Source of the DNA: an uncultured Thermoleophilia bacterium
GTDB taxonomy: Bacteria > Actinomycetota > Thermoleophilia > Miltoncostaeales > Miltoncostaeaceae
DNA: 64,000 nt
Assembly: GCA_963768285.1 (NCBI GenBank)
Contig: CAVYHI010000017.1
Coordinates: forward strand, 75,132-139,131
Reading direction: 5' to 3'
Shown here: positions 36,254 to 46,628 of the stretch, one piece after another
How positions within the stretch are numbered: position 1 is the stretch's first letter
Layout of the letters: every line of letters starts with the position of its first letter
Notes under the pieces: model-generated
Told to the model about the DNA's origin: nothing
Seen by the model: only the letters and a program-made list of their open reading frames with translations
Database searches by the model: none
Translations under genes and position numbers: made by a program

Positions 36254-36670
36254 TCAGCCGGCCCCGTCCGCGAGCTCGAACGCGATCTCGTCGACGTAGC
36301 ACCAGTACCAGTCCTCGCCCGGCTCGAGCGAGCGGACGATCGGGTGTCCGCTGGCGCGGTAGTGGGCGGTCGCGTGGCGGTTGGGGCTGCTGTCACAGCA
36401 CCCGACCTGCCCGCACTGGGTACACCGGCGCAGGTGCACCCAGCGCGCGCCCATCGCGATGCACGCCGGGCACCCGGCGACGCCCGTGCGGCCCTCGCGG
36501 TGGTGGACGGTGTCCAAGTGCGTGCAGGTGCCGGTCAGCGCATGCCTCCTCAACATGGCGTCCCGCGCGCGGACGTGCGCGTCGTCGTCCGATCTTGACC
36601 GTCCGGGGCCGGGGACGTCAACGGGCGCCGGCGGCGGCGCGGCCGGGGAGCCGTGCTCGGGCGACATCAA
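36254..36670 (-). CDS. UBP-type zinc-finger domain protein
   Basis: CTHLD...CPACIAMGARWVHLRRCTQCGQVGCCDSSPNRHATAHYRASGHPIVRSLEPGEDWYWCY. The start may be ATG 36556. Confidence 0.75.
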   Translation of the reverse strand: MMSPEHGSPAAPPPAPVDVPGPGRSRSDDDAHVRARDAMLRRHALTGTCTHLDTVHHREGRTGVAGCPACIAMGARWVHLRRCTQCGQVGCCDSSPNRHATAHYRASGHPIVRSLEPGEDWYWCYVDEIAFELADGAG

Positions 36671-36775
36671 GAAGGCAACCCCCGGGCCGTCGTGCGCCCG
36701 GGGGTCGAGTGGGTTCAGTATCGGCGGGCCGCCCGCGTTCCTGAAGTGCCCGGCGGAGCGATCCGTGCCAGGGGC

Positions 36776-37069
36776 TCAGATGCCGAGCAGCTGCGCTTTC
36801 TTGGCGGAGAACTCCTCGTCGGTGAGGATCCCCTGGTCGCGCATCGCGGCAAGCTTCTCGATCGTCTGCAGCGGGTCTTCGGCCGTGCCGTCGTCGGCCG
36901 CGGGCGGCGGCGCCTGCGGTTGCTGGGCGTTCTGTTGCTGCTGTTGCTCCATCGCCTTCGCCTGCTGCTTACGGGCAACGCGACCGGAGACGGCGGTGGC
37001 CGTCCCGGCGACGACCGCCGTGCGTGCGGCCACGCCGACCAGTCCGGGTCCTCTTCGCATCATTGGCAT
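36776..37069 (-). CDS. SHOCT domain-containing protein
   Basis: ATG 37069 is preceded by GAGGAGG. Gln-rich linker, then the C-terminal IEKLAAMRDQGILTDEEFSAKKAQLLGI. Confidence 0.8.
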   Translation of the reverse strand: MPMMRRGPGLVGVAARTAVVAGTATAVSGRVARKQQAKAMEQQQQQNAQQPQAPPPAADDGTAEDPLQTIEKLAAMRDQGILTDEEFSAKKAQLLGI

Positions 37070-37088
37070 GCGGTCCGCCTCCTCTTGT

Positions 37089-37532
37089 TTACGCGTCGTT
37101 GCCGAAGTTCTCGAGCGCCCACTCGCGCGCGCCCTGCACGACCTCATGCGGGAGCCGCCCAAAGTCCAGCAGCTCGCCGCTGGCATGGCGGACGGCCTCG
37201 GCGACCTTGCGCGCCCAGACGTTCTCCCAAACCAGGAGCACGGCCGACGATCCCGGCTCGAGTTCCTCGCCGGTCGCCAGCAGATCCTCCTCACTGAAGA
37301 GCCCGCTGACTTCGAACCCGGCGCGCGCGAATGCCTCCGCGACGCTCGGGTCGAGCTCGGTCAGTTCCACGCCGATGACGTCGCCATCCAGCGTCTTCTG
37401 GACGAACACGGTGTCGATGATCCGGACCGTTCCCGCCTCAACCAACTCGGCGAGCGCCGGCGCGATCTCGCCGGTGAACTCGCTGCCGGGGAACGCGATG
37501 ATCGCGTAGTCGACTGGCCCGATCTCTTCCAT
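37089..37532 (-). CDS. DUF6325-family protein
   Basis: ATG 37532 is preceded by GGAGAGG. MEEIGPVDYAIIAFPGSEFTGEIAPALAELVEAGTVRIIDTVFV...LLVWENVWA matches the family usually found next to SHOCT genes. Confidence 0.7.
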   Translation of the reverse strand: MEEIGPVDYAIIAFPGSEFTGEIAPALAELVEAGTVRIIDTVFVQKTLDGDVIGVELTELDPSVAEAFARAGFEVSGLFSEEDLLATGEELEPGSSAVLLVWENVWARKVAEAVRHASGELLDFGRLPHEVVQGAREWALENFGNDA

Positions 37533-37672
37533 AGCCTCTCCGGGGTTCGGCGGCCGATCAACAAAGCTCGCGATCGGAGGCCACATTGCGCCCGATCCGT
37601 GATCGGCCATACGGTGTGCCGAGAGGATAACGAACCGCCGGCGCCGATCCGGTCGGCGCGGACGCGGTGTAA

Positions 37673-39468
37673 CTAGTCGGTTGCGCCGGTCGCCGCGCAC
37701 ACACAACACCTCGTCGAAGCTCGCCGTCGGAAGCCCGTCCGCCCGGCCGGCGGCACCCGCGAACGCCGCCGTCCGGATGATCGCCGGGCCGCGGATCTGC
37801 GGGCCGCCCGGCACGAGGACATAGCGACTGCCCGCGGGCGTCTGCCGGGTTTCCGCGGGCGCCGGCGTCCGGCCGGCCAGTGCCTCGGCATCGTTGAGGT
37901 TGATCGCGACCTGCGCGACGCCGGGCTCGGCGTCGAGGACCTCGAGGGCGCGGCCCACGTAGCGCTCCGGCGCGAAGAACCGCCAGCCGGCGGGGATGCG
38001 CAACCAGAACGGCCCGGCGAGCTCGACGCGCAGCATGGGTCCCGGAGCCCCGCCGGCCCCGACCACCTCCATGAACGGGTACTGCTCGGCCACCCACGCC
38101 CGGTCGGCGGCACCGAGCCCGGTGTCGACGGCAACGAAGCGACCGATGCGCGGCGCGTCCACACAGCAGCGCAGGAAGGAGTTGAACGCGGCCGCAAACG
38201 CGTCCCGGTCGGGCCCCGTCTCAATGGCCAGGGCGATCTCGGGCTCACCGACCGCGGCGCGCGCAGTCGTGGTGCCGCCCCCGGCCGTCGGCGCGGCGGC
38301 GGCGGCGTCGGGCGCCTGGCGTCCGCGGCCGGTGCTCAGACGCTCGATCAGCACGTCCGGGTATGTCGTCGCCGCCTCGAGCAGCGCCGGCACCGCGAAG
38401 TCACGGTTCTCGGCCACCCGCTCGCGCTCCGCCTCGGGAAGGTCCGGACCAGCCAGCAGCAGACGGCACAGGGCGAAGCTCTCCATGTGCTTGCCGATCC
38501 AGTAGGCGCAGATCGCCTGCTCGTCCCGCGCGCGCCACGCGTAGACGTCGGCGCCGACGAACAGCGCGTCGTCGGTGGGCAACGGAATGCTCGCGGCGCG
38601 CTCCGCGAACAGGTATCCGAGCTGGTAACGCCCCGCGATGCGGTATTCGCGCGCCAGCGCATGCAACGGCTCGGCCCGGGTCGGTCGGTATTCCCACGCG
38701 CGCAGGTAGGCGTCGGTGACGTCGGGCCAGGACGCGCCCAGCTGGACCTGGCACTCACCGCATCGAAACAGGGCGTAGTAGACCTCCTCTTCCCAGCCGC
38801 CCATCTCGGTGCGCTTGCGGTACCACTCCAGCGCGTTCGCGTGGTCGCCCGCGTCGAAGTAGCTCTGGGCCAGATAGAAGACCGAGCGTCGCGTCATCGG
38901 GGTTGCGCGCGACCTCGGCCAACAGCAGATCACGGTCACGCTCGTACTTCTTGGGATCGAGGTTACGGCCGCCCAGGCGCCGCGAGTCGATGTAGTACGC
39001 GCCCTCCAGGCGCGCTTCGGTCATCGGCTCGTCGCAGACGGCGTATTCGTGCACGACGCCCTCATAGCGCCACGGCATGCCGCTGCGAAACAGCTGCCGG
39101 CGCCAGTAGCTGAATCCCGAGCCGTAGCGCAGCGAGTAGCAGTCGGCGGTCAGCCCCCCGAAGTCAAGCGTGCCCACGACCATGTCGTCGGCGTCCATGA
39201 CCCAGATGTAGTCGCCGTGCCCGCGCGCGAGCTCGAGCGCCTCGCTACGGTTGTGCCCGAAGCTGCGCCATGCGCGCTCGTGGAGCTCCCCCGGGATCCC
39301 GAGCCGGCGCATGTGCACCCGGATCGCCTCCTGGGTCCCATCGTCGGAACCGGTGTCGACGATCACCCAGAACGAGATATACGGGGCGACCGCGTCGAGG
39401 ACCTCGTGCACGATGTGCGCCTCGTTGCGCACGATCATGTTCAGGCAGATCGACGGGCCCTCGGGCAT
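37673..39468 (-). pseudogene. GT2 glycosyltransferase fused to TPR repeats; frame break near 38900, true stop unresolved
   Basis: The N-terminal GT2 part is SICLNMIVRNEAHIV...WVIVDTGSDDGT...YIWVMDADD (ORF 38755-39606). The TPR part is FYLAQSYFDAGDHANALEWYRKR... (ORF 37089-38939). In that frame no stop separates it from the DUF6325 gene. Confidence 0.65.
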
Positions 39469-39541
39469 GCGCCGGATCGTACCGGCTGGCCCCGGCACCG
39501 TGGACCCCACGAACGTCCGGTGCCGGGCCATATGGTAGGCC

Positions 39542-40462
39542 GTGCACGCGCCGATCGGCTCGGAGGACCCTCTGGAAAGCGTCATCACGATTCGCGGGCT
39601 GCGCAAGACCTTCGGCCGGACCGTCGCCCTCGACCAGTTGGACCTTGACGTCGTGCGTGGGGAGGTCCACGGCTACGTCGGACCCAACGGCTCCGGCAAG
39701 TCGACGACCATCCGCGTCCTGCTCGGGCTGCTGCGCGCGAACGCCGGGGAGGCCGTCCTGCTCGGGGGGGATCCGTGGCGCGACACGGTCGCTCTGCACC
39801 GCCGGCTTGCCTACGTGCCCGGGGAGGTGAGCCTGTGGCCGCAGCTGAGCGGCGGGGAGGCGATCGACCTGCTCGGGCGGCTGCGCGGCGGGTTCGACCC
39901 CGCGCGCAAGGCCGAGCTCCTCGAGCGATTCGAGCTGGATCCCACCAAGACGGGGCGCAGCTACTCGAAGGGCAACCGACAGAAGGTCGCGCTCGTGGCG
40001 GCGCTGGCGTCCGACGTTGAGCTTTTGATCCTCGACGAGCCCACCGCCGGCCTCGACCCGTTGATGGAGGCCGTCTTTCAGCAGTGCATCGAGGAGGCCA
40101 AGACCGCCGGCCGAACCGTGCTGCTGTCGAGCCACATCCTCTCCGAGGTCGAGGCGCTGTGCGACCGAGTCAGCATCCTGCGTCAAGGACGCGTCGTTCA
40201 GCGCGGCACCCTCGACGAGCTGCGTCGGGTCACCCGCACGAACGTCGTGGCGACGCTGGCACGGATGCCCGCCGATCTCGACGCCTGGCCCGGAATCCAC
40301 GATCCGCTGATCCACGGAAACCGGCTTCGCTGTGACGTCGAGACGCCCGCGCTGACGGAGTTCATGGGCCGCCTGACCGCCTGCGGGATCGTGTCGCTGG
40401 TCACCCAGCCGCCCACGCTCGAGGAGCTGTTTCTGCGCGAGTACTCGGACGACCGCCCGTGA
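39542..40462 (+). CDS. ABC transporter ATP-binding protein (ABC-2/DrrA-like)
   Basis: GPNGSGKSTTIRVLLGL, YSKGNRQKVALVAAL and LLILDEPTAGLDP. Intact 306 aa. Confidence 0.9.
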   Translation: MHAPIGSEDPLESVITIRGLRKTFGRTVALDQLDLDVVRGEVHGYVGPNGSGKSTTIRVLLGLLRANAGEAVLLGGDPWRDTVALHRRLAYVPGEVSLWPQLSGGEAIDLLGRLRGGFDPARKAELLERFELDPTKTGRSYSKGNRQKVALVAALASDVELLILDEPTAGLDPLMEAVFQQCIEEAKTAGRTVLLSSHILSEVEALCDRVSILRQGRVVQRGTLDELRRVTRTNVVATLARMPADLDAWPGIHDPLIHGNRLRCDVETPALTEFMGRLTACGIVSLVTQPPTLEELFLREYSDDRP

Positions 40463-42042
40463 TCGCGCCCCTGACCGGGTTCGCGATCCTGGTCCGCCAC
40501 GCCCTGCGGCTCGACCGCCTACGCCTGGCGGTCTGGGTGGTCGGCATCACGTTCATCCCGGTGGTCACCTACGCCACCTACGCGTCGCTGTACCCGACGC
40601 TGGCCGACCGGATCTCGCTCGCGGCGACCCTGCAGTCGAACCCGTCGTTTGCGCTGCTGCTCGGCCCGGCGGAGAACCTTGGCGACCCGGGCGGCTACAC
40701 CGCCTGGCGCACGATCGGGGTCTGCGCGATCTTCATCGCGGTCATGAGCATCCTGACCGTGGTGCGCCACACGCGCGCCGACGAGGAGAGCGGCCGGACC
40801 GAGCTGCTGGCGGCCGGCTGCGTCGGCCGTTTCGCGTTCCTGGCCGCGGGGGTCACCACCGCGGTCATCGCCTGCCTGATCACCGGCCTGGCGATCGCGG
40901 TCGGACTGATCGTCGCGGGCGGCAACGCCGAGGGCGCGCTGGCGTACGGCCTCGCGGCGGCGCTCGCCGGCGCGGTGTTCGCCGGTGTGGCCGCCGTCGC
41001 GGTGCAGGTCGGCAGCTTCGGCCGGACCGCGATCAGCATGTCGATCGGTGCACTGGCGGCGGCATACCTTGTGCGCGCCTGGGGAGACGCGTCGTCAGCG
41101 CACTGGATCACCTGGCTGTCGCCGCTCGGTTGGACCGAGAAGATCTCGGCCTTTACCGACAATCGCTGGTGGACGCTCGTGCTGTCGCTCGCGATGGCGC
41201 TGGTGCTGATCGCGGTCGGCGTCGCGCTCGTCGCGCGCCGCGACTTCGGCCGCGGGCTGATCGCGCCCCACCACGGCCCGGCCGACGCGGGCAGATCGCT
41301 GTCGGGTGCCTACGGCCTGGCCTGGCGGCTCCACCGGGCCCGCCTGGCCGGCTGGGGTCTTGGCCTGGCGGCCTACGGCGCCCTGGTCGGCTCGGTCGCG
41401 CAGTCGGTGGCCTCGGTCATCTCGCACAGCACGATCGGGCAACAGTTCCTTGGCCACGGGCACAACTTCGTCGACCTCTACCTGGCGGAGATCATCAACC
41501 TGATGGGCATCATCGGCGCCGTCTACGGCATCCAGGCCCTCCTGACCGCCCGCACCGAGGAGTCCGAAGGACGCGTGGAGGTGTTGCTGTCGACGCCGCT
41601 CACCCGCGAGCGCTGGTTCTCGAGCCACCTGGGCTTCGCGCTCGCCGGGTCGGCGATCGTCGTGATCGTCGGCGGGCTCGGGGCCGGTGTGACCGCCGTC
41701 CTGGACGGAGCCCCGACCTCGCTCGGTGGGGTCCTCGCCGGGTCGGTCGCGCAGATCCCGGCGATCTGGCTCGTGGTCGCGCTGACCGCCATGCTGATCG
41801 GCGTCGCACCGCGCATCAGCGTGCTCGGCTGGTCGATCGTGGCCGCGATGTTCGTGATCAGTTTCTTCGGCCCGCTGCTGAAACTGCCCCGGCTGGTGCT
41901 CGACCTGTCGGCGTTCACGCACATCCCGCGCCTGCCGGGCGGACACGTCGACGCGCTGCCGCTCGTCGTGCTCGGGGTGTTGACCATCGCCCTGCTCGGG
42001 GTCGCGATGGTTGGCTTCCGGCGGCGGTCGATCGTCGCCTGA
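40459..42042 (+). CDS. ABC-2 type exporter permease (12-helix, polyketide-antibiotic-exporter-like)
   Basis: Intact 527-aa highly hydrophobic ORF whose start overlaps the ATPase stop (GTGA). Confidence 0.75.
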   Translation: MIAPLTGFAILVRHALRLDRLRLAVWVVGITFIPVVTYATYASLYPTLADRISLAATLQSNPSFALLLGPAENLGDPGGYTAWRTIGVCAIFIAVMSILTVVRHTRADEESGRTELLAAGCVGRFAFLAAGVTTAVIACLITGLAIAVGLIVAGGNAEGALAYGLAAALAGAVFAGVAAVAVQVGSFGRTAISMSIGALAAAYLVRAWGDASSAHWITWLSPLGWTEKISAFTDNRWWTLVLSLAMALVLIAVGVALVARRDFGRGLIAPHHGPADAGRSLSGAYGLAWRLHRARLAGWGLGLAAYGALVGSVAQSVASVISHSTIGQQFLGHGHNFVDLYLAEIINLMGIIGAVYGIQALLTARTEESEGRVEVLLSTPLTRERWFSSHLGFALAGSAIVVIVGGLGAGVTAVLDGAPTSLGGVLAGSVAQIPAIWLVVALTAMLIGVAPRISVLGWSIVAAMFVISFFGPLLKLPRLVLDLSAFTHIPRLPGGHVDALPLVVLGVLTIALLGVAMVGFRRRSIVA

Positions 42043-42053
42043 CGGTCCGGCGG

Positions 42054-42512
42054 CTAGCGGGAGCGGTCCTCGTGGGACTCGCGCAGCGCCCGCACCTCAT
42101 TCACCAGCTCATCGATCCGCTCGCGCAGGGCGGCGATCTCGGTGCCGGTGTCGTCGGCGGTGTTCCGGCGCCGGCGCGCCTGCTCGATGAACAGGTTGGT
42201 GATCGCGGCCGTCGTCACCGTCAGGAACGCAATGCCGGTGATCATGACCGCCACGCCGACGATCCGGCCCAACGGCGAGGACGGCACGACGTCGCCATAC
42301 CCGACGGTCGTCACCGTCTGGACCGCCCACCACAACCCTTCACCGAGGCTGTGGATGTCCTTGGGGTCGGTGAGCCGGATCAGCAGCCCGGCGGCGACGG
42401 TCAGGGTCGCCGTGATGATGGTCAGGAGCAGCCACGCGATCTTGAACGGCTCGCTGGAGAGCCGTTCGAACCAGACCTCGATGCCGCGAATCGCCCCGCG
42501 CTCGTCAGCCAT
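42054..42512 (-). CDS. minimal two-TM potassium channel (KcsA-like) with a C-terminal helical tail
   Basis: Selectivity filter TVGYGD (WWAVQTVTTVGYGDVVP). The ATG 42512 start overlaps the MFS stop (ATGGCTGA). Confidence 0.8.
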   Translation of the reverse strand: MADERGAIRGIEVWFERLSSEPFKIAWLLLTIITATLTVAAGLLIRLTDPKDIHSLGEGLWWAVQTVTTVGYGDVVPSSPLGRIVGVAVMITGIAFLTVTTAAITNLFIEQARRRRNTADDTGTEIAALRERIDELVNEVRALRESHEDRSR

Positions 42513-44007
42513 CGAATTCCATCGCCGGCACCGCGACGTTCTCGACGCGCGCCTCACGCGAGCTGATCAACACCGACAACAGGAACGCGCCGACGAACAT
42601 CAGCGCCGCGGCGGCGATGAACGCGGCCCGGTAGCCGCTGACCGCCGCCGCCGCCTGGTCGAGTGCGGTCGGTGGGTGGCCGAGCCCGGCGAGATGGGAG
42701 GTGACCTGGCTTGCGGCGAGCGTCGACAGCACAGCGAGTCCCAACGACCCGCCGACCTGCTGGGAGGCGTTCAACAGACCCGAGGCGAGCCCCGCATCCT
42801 CGGCGTCGGACCCGTAGGTCGCCAGCATCGTCAGCGGCATGAACGTCAGGCCGAGCCCGAGCCCCATGACGACCAGCCCCGGCAGGACTTCGGTCCAGTA
42901 GCTGCCGCCGACGGAGATCATCGTCATCAGCGCGAGCCCGGCGCCCGCGATCAGCATGCCGATGACGCCGGTCATCTTGATGCCCAGCGGCCCGACCAGC
43001 CGCTGGGCGATGTTGGCCGAGATGATGATCGCCGCCGTCAGGGGCAGGAAGCCCAGGCCGGCGCGCAGCGGGCTGAACCCCAGGACCTCCTGGACGTACA
43101 GCGATGCGAAGAAGAACACCGAGAACATCCCACCGGCCACGATCAGCATCGTGATGTCGGCCGCGCGCAGCGTACGCGTTCTGAAGATGCTCAGACGCAC
43201 CAGCGGGTTCGCCACCCGCGCCTCGATCAGCACGAAGATGACCAACAGCGCCAGACCCGCCGCGAGGAACCCGATCGTCCGCACCGCGAACCAGCCGTAC
43301 TGGTTCGCGCCGACGATGCCGTAGACAATCGACATCAGGCCCGCGGTCGCCGTCACCGCACCCCCGATATCGAAACCGCGCAGGCCCTGGCTCCGCTCGG
43401 GCGCCATCGCCGGCAGGAATCGCCAGGCCGCCACGACGACGCCGATGCCCACGGGAATGTTGATGAAGAAGTTCCAGCGCCAGGACAGGTACTCGGTCAG
43501 CGCCCCGCCGAGGACCAACCCGATCGAGGCACCGCCAACGGCGATCGCGGCCCACACCGCCAGCGCCTTGGCCCGCTGCCGCCCGTCGATGAAGGTGGTC
43601 GTCACGATCGACAGCGCGATCGGGGAGATGAACGCTGCCCCCAGGCCCTGGACCGCCCGGAAGAAGATGAGCATGCCTGCCGAAGTCCCGATGGCGTTCA
43701 TCAGCGACGCGAACGTGAAGAGCGCGACGCCGATCAGAAACAGGCGCTTGCGCCCGAACAGGTCGCCGGCGCGCCCACCCAGCAGCAGAAAGCCGCCGAG
43801 CACGAGCGTGTAGGCGTTCACGACCCACTGCAGGCTGTCGACAGTGAAGTGCAGGTTGCGCTGGATCGCCGGCAGGGCGACGTTCACGATCGTCGCGTCC
43901 AGTACGACCATGAACTGCGCCATGCAGACCAGCACCAGCACCAGCCACGGGTTGACCTGACGCTCGGCCCGACGGGCGTCGGTTACTGCAGCCGCGGGAT
44001 CGCTCAA
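42505..44007 (-). CDS. DHA2-family (EmrB/QacA-type, 14-TMS) MFS transporter
   Basis: CMAQFMVVLDATIVNVALPAIQ and LGGRAGDLFGRKRLFL. TTG 44007 is preceded by GAGGAG; the start is uncertain. Confidence 0.85.
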   Translation of the reverse strand: MSDPAAAVTDARRAERQVNPWLVLVLVCMAQFMVVLDATIVNVALPAIQRNLHFTVDSLQWVVNAYTLVLGGFLLLGGRAGDLFGRKRLFLIGVALFTFASLMNAIGTSAGMLIFFRAVQGLGAAFISPIALSIVTTTFIDGRQRAKALAVWAAIAVGGASIGLVLGGALTEYLSWRWNFFINIPVGIGVVVAAWRFLPAMAPERSQGLRGFDIGGAVTATAGLMSIVYGIVGANQYGWFAVRTIGFLAAGLALLVIFVLIEARVANPLVRLSIFRTRTLRAADITMLIVAGGMFSVFFFASLYVQEVLGFSPLRAGLGFLPLTAAIIISANIAQRLVGPLGIKMTGVIGMLIAGAGLALMTMISVGGSYWTEVLPGLVVMGLGLGLTFMPLTMLATYGSDAEDAGLASGLLNASQQVGGSLGLAVLSTLAASQVTSHLAGLGHPPTALDQAAAAVSGYRAAFIAAAALMFVGAFLLSVLISSREARVENVAVPAMEFDG

Positions 44008-44373
44008 GGGACTCCTCACATCGCACGGGGGCCGGCACGCTGATGACGCGCGGACGGGACCTTCAGGCGCGGTGAGCACGGCGGTCGCCCCGGTGCGCAT
44101 CCCAGGCGCAGGCGACGCGCGTCACGGCGATGGGGGAACGATCGCATCCGGCTGCGTCGTGGCCCACTGTATCGCAGCGGGCGTTTCCCCCGCCGCTCGG
44201 GGCGATGCCGATCCGTGGCCAGCCCCGAGCAGTCGGTGGAACAGGAGATCCATGACTGGACTCAACGAGTTCTTCGGCGCGCGGCGACAAAACTTGAGCC
44301 GTGCGGCCACAAGGATCCCATGGTGCACGGACGATGCCGGGTCAGCGCCAGATCGGCGCACAACGACCGGTGC

Positions 44374-44958
44374 TCAAGCGCCCGATAACAGGCGGCTGAG
44401 TGCCTGGTCAGCGCCGGCCTCGCCACGCTCGTGCGCGCGCAGGTATGCCGCCCGCGCACCGGCGACATCGCCGCGTGCCTCGAGCACGACCCCGAGGTTG
44501 AAGGCGCCGCCCCCGTGCCCGCGCTCGTCGGCCCGCAGGAAGGCTGCCTCGGCCGCGTCGAGCTCGCCGCGCTCGTGCAGGACGACGCCCAGATTCGCGG
44601 CGCCCCCGCCGTGGCCGAGGACGTCCGCCTGCGAGAAGGCCTCCTCGGCGCCCACGGCGTCGCCGCGCGCCTCACGGATCAGCCCAAGATGGAACGCGCC
44701 GTTGCCGTCGCCGCGCTCGGCCCCGCGCAGGTAGGCGATTTCGGCGGCGGCAATGTCCTTGCGCTCGTGAAACGCGACCAGGCCCAGGTGCGTGGCCGCG
44801 GCTGGGTGCCCCAACGCGTCGGCCTCGATCCACAGCGCCTCGGCGCCGGCGACGTCCCCGTCCTGGTAGAGCAGCACGAGGCCGCGCTGGAACGCGTCCT
44901 CGGCCACGTCGTGGGCCCCGCGGTCTGGCGTCGGGGCGGTGGGTCTCGGATCGCTCAA
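44374..44958 (-). CDS. TPR/Sel1-like repeat protein (start uncertain)
   Basis: About five 34-aa units of the type AAxxLGxVxxxxGDxxxAExAYLRAxERGxGxGA. The annotated ORF start 45153 would overlap the divergent gene. Candidate starts are TTG 44958 and GTG 44907. Confidence 0.6.
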   Translation of the reverse strand: MSDPRPTAPTPDRGAHDVAEDAFQRGLVLLYQDGDVAGAEALWIEADALGHPAAATHLGLVAFHERKDIAAAEIAYLRGAERGDGNGAFHLGLIREARGDAVGAEEAFSQADVLGHGGGAANLGVVLHERGELDAAEAAFLRADERGHGGGAFNLGVVLEARGDVAGARAAYLRAHERGEAGADQALSRLLSGA

Positions 44959-45145
44959 GGGTCGCCGTCCTGGTGGGTTGCGATTGGCCGCATGGATGCC
45001 GCCGATACGGCCGAGATTACCGCTCACGGCCGGAGCGCCACCACCACGCGGCGCCTCGGGCCGACAGCGTGCGCCAGGCGATGTTGCAGACGCCTCCGAG
45101 AAATCCCGATGGTGATCGGGCGTGGGCGCGCGTATCGTACGGGCA

Positions 45146-46396
45146 ATGACCACGCGGATCCTTCACCTCACCCAGGTGACCAAGGTCCCGCTGCTCGACC
45201 GGGCCGGTGAGCGGCTCGGTCGCGTCGAGGACGTGCTGGTACGCATCTCCGACGGCGGATATGCCCCGATGGTGGGCATCACCGCCCGCGTCAGCGGCCG
45301 GGACGTCTTCCTGCCGGCCGAGCTCATTGCCGCGGTCGAGCCGGGCCGCATGCGGCTGGCCCGCGAGAAGTTCGACATGCGGCGCTTCGAGCGGCGCCCT
45401 GGCGAAGTCCTCCTGCGCAAGGACGTCCTGGGACGGCGACTGATCAACCTCAAGGGCGCCCACCTGGTGCGCGCCAACGAGATCGAGCTCGCCCAAATCG
45501 GCGAGACGTGGTGTGTCGTCGGGATCGACAGCTCGTTCTCCGCGCTGATGCGGCGCCTGCTGCCGCGTTCGCGTCGCCACCCGCCAAGCCGCCCCTTCCT
45601 CGACTGGACGAGCGTGCGGCCCTTCCTCAGCCACGTCCCGGGCGTCGGCGAGGGCCTGCCGACGACCGAGCTGACCCGGCTGCACCCCGCCCAGCTCGCC
45701 GACCTGGTCGAGGCGGCCTCCCACGAGGAGGGCCAGGAGATCATCGACGCGGTCCGCCACGACTCCGAGCTCGAGGCGGACGTCTTCGAGGAGATGGACG
45801 TCGAGCACCAGCTCGAGTTCCTGGAGGACCGCTCCGATGCCGATACCGCGAACCTGATCGGGCGGATGGCCCCGGACGACGCCGCCGACCTGATCATGGA
45901 GCTCGACCAGGACCGTCGCCTGCCCGTGCTCGAGCTGCTGCCGGTCACCCACCAGCGCAAGGTGCGCACGCTGCTCGGGTTCCACCCGGACACCGCCGGC
46001 GGGATGATGAGCCTCGATTTCCTGTGCCTGGACGGGCGTACGGCCGTCGGCGCCGCCCGGGCCGCGGTCCGCGATTCCGACCTCCCGTCGGAGGCGATGA
46101 CGACCATCTTCACCCACGACGGCGACGGGCACTTGAGCGGTGCCGTCCGGCTCGTCTCGGTGATTCGAGCCGACGACGAGACCCTGCTGTCCGAGATCGC
46201 CGAACCATCCCCACACCTGGCGACCGATCGCGAGCTCTCCGACATCGCGGTGGTGATGTCCGACTACAACTTGAGCATCGTGCCGGTCGTCGACAGCGAG
46301 GACCGGGTGCTGGGCGTGATCACGGTCGACGACCTGCTTGAAACACTTATCCCGGACGAGTGGAAATGGCGGGCGGAGGCGAGCGCCGAAGGTTGA
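45146..46396 (+). CDS. soluble MgtE-type cytosolic module: PRC-barrel-like N-terminus, MgtE_N domain and CBS pair, with no membrane domain
   Basis: DDAADLIMELDQDRRLPVLELL, HPDTAGGMMSLDF and YNLSIVPVVDSEDRVLGVITVDDLLETLIPDE. The ORF stops where the MgtE pore domain would begin. Confidence 0.8.
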   Translation: MTTRILHLTQVTKVPLLDRAGERLGRVEDVLVRISDGGYAPMVGITARVSGRDVFLPAELIAAVEPGRMRLAREKFDMRRFERRPGEVLLRKDVLGRRLINLKGAHLVRANEIELAQIGETWCVVGIDSSFSALMRRLLPRSRRHPPSRPFLDWTSVRPFLSHVPGVGEGLPTTELTRLHPAQLADLVEAASHEEGQEIIDAVRHDSELEADVFEEMDVEHQLEFLEDRSDADTANLIGRMAPDDAADLIMELDQDRRLPVLELLPVTHQRKVRTLLGFHPDTAGGMMSLDFLCLDGRTAVGAARAAVRDSDLPSEAMTTIFTHDGDGHLSGAVRLVSVIRADDETLLSEIAEPSPHLATDRELSDIAVVMSDYNLSIVPVVDSEDRVLGVITVDDLLETLIPDEWKWRAEASAEG

Positions 46397-46628
46397 CCCC
46401 CCGGTGCCGCGTGGTACCGTCTCTGAGCGCCCGCCACGGGCGCGCACACCCGACCCTGGCAACGAAGTGACGGATACCGACACACCCCACAGTACCGAGC
46501 GTCCGCGCCTTGCCGGGTTTCCGGAGGTCGCGCCGAGCGCGTAGTCCGCTCGCGGCCATTCCCGGTTAGCACGGCTCACGCGGACGTCGCTGCCCGCGTT
46601 CGACAGCTGTTTCTCCGGGAGGTCCGCG

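Noticed and set aside
44400-44830. Periodic roughly 102-bp DNA repeats
   Set aside because: They are explained by the 34-aa TPR/Sel1-like protein repeats of the gene at 44374-44958, not by a CRISPR or satellite array.
46397-46628. DtxR/MntR-type operator upstream of the NRAMP-like gene
   Set aside because: Only a half-site-like GGTTAGC (in CCGGTTAGCACGGCTCAC) is present, with no convincing dyad.
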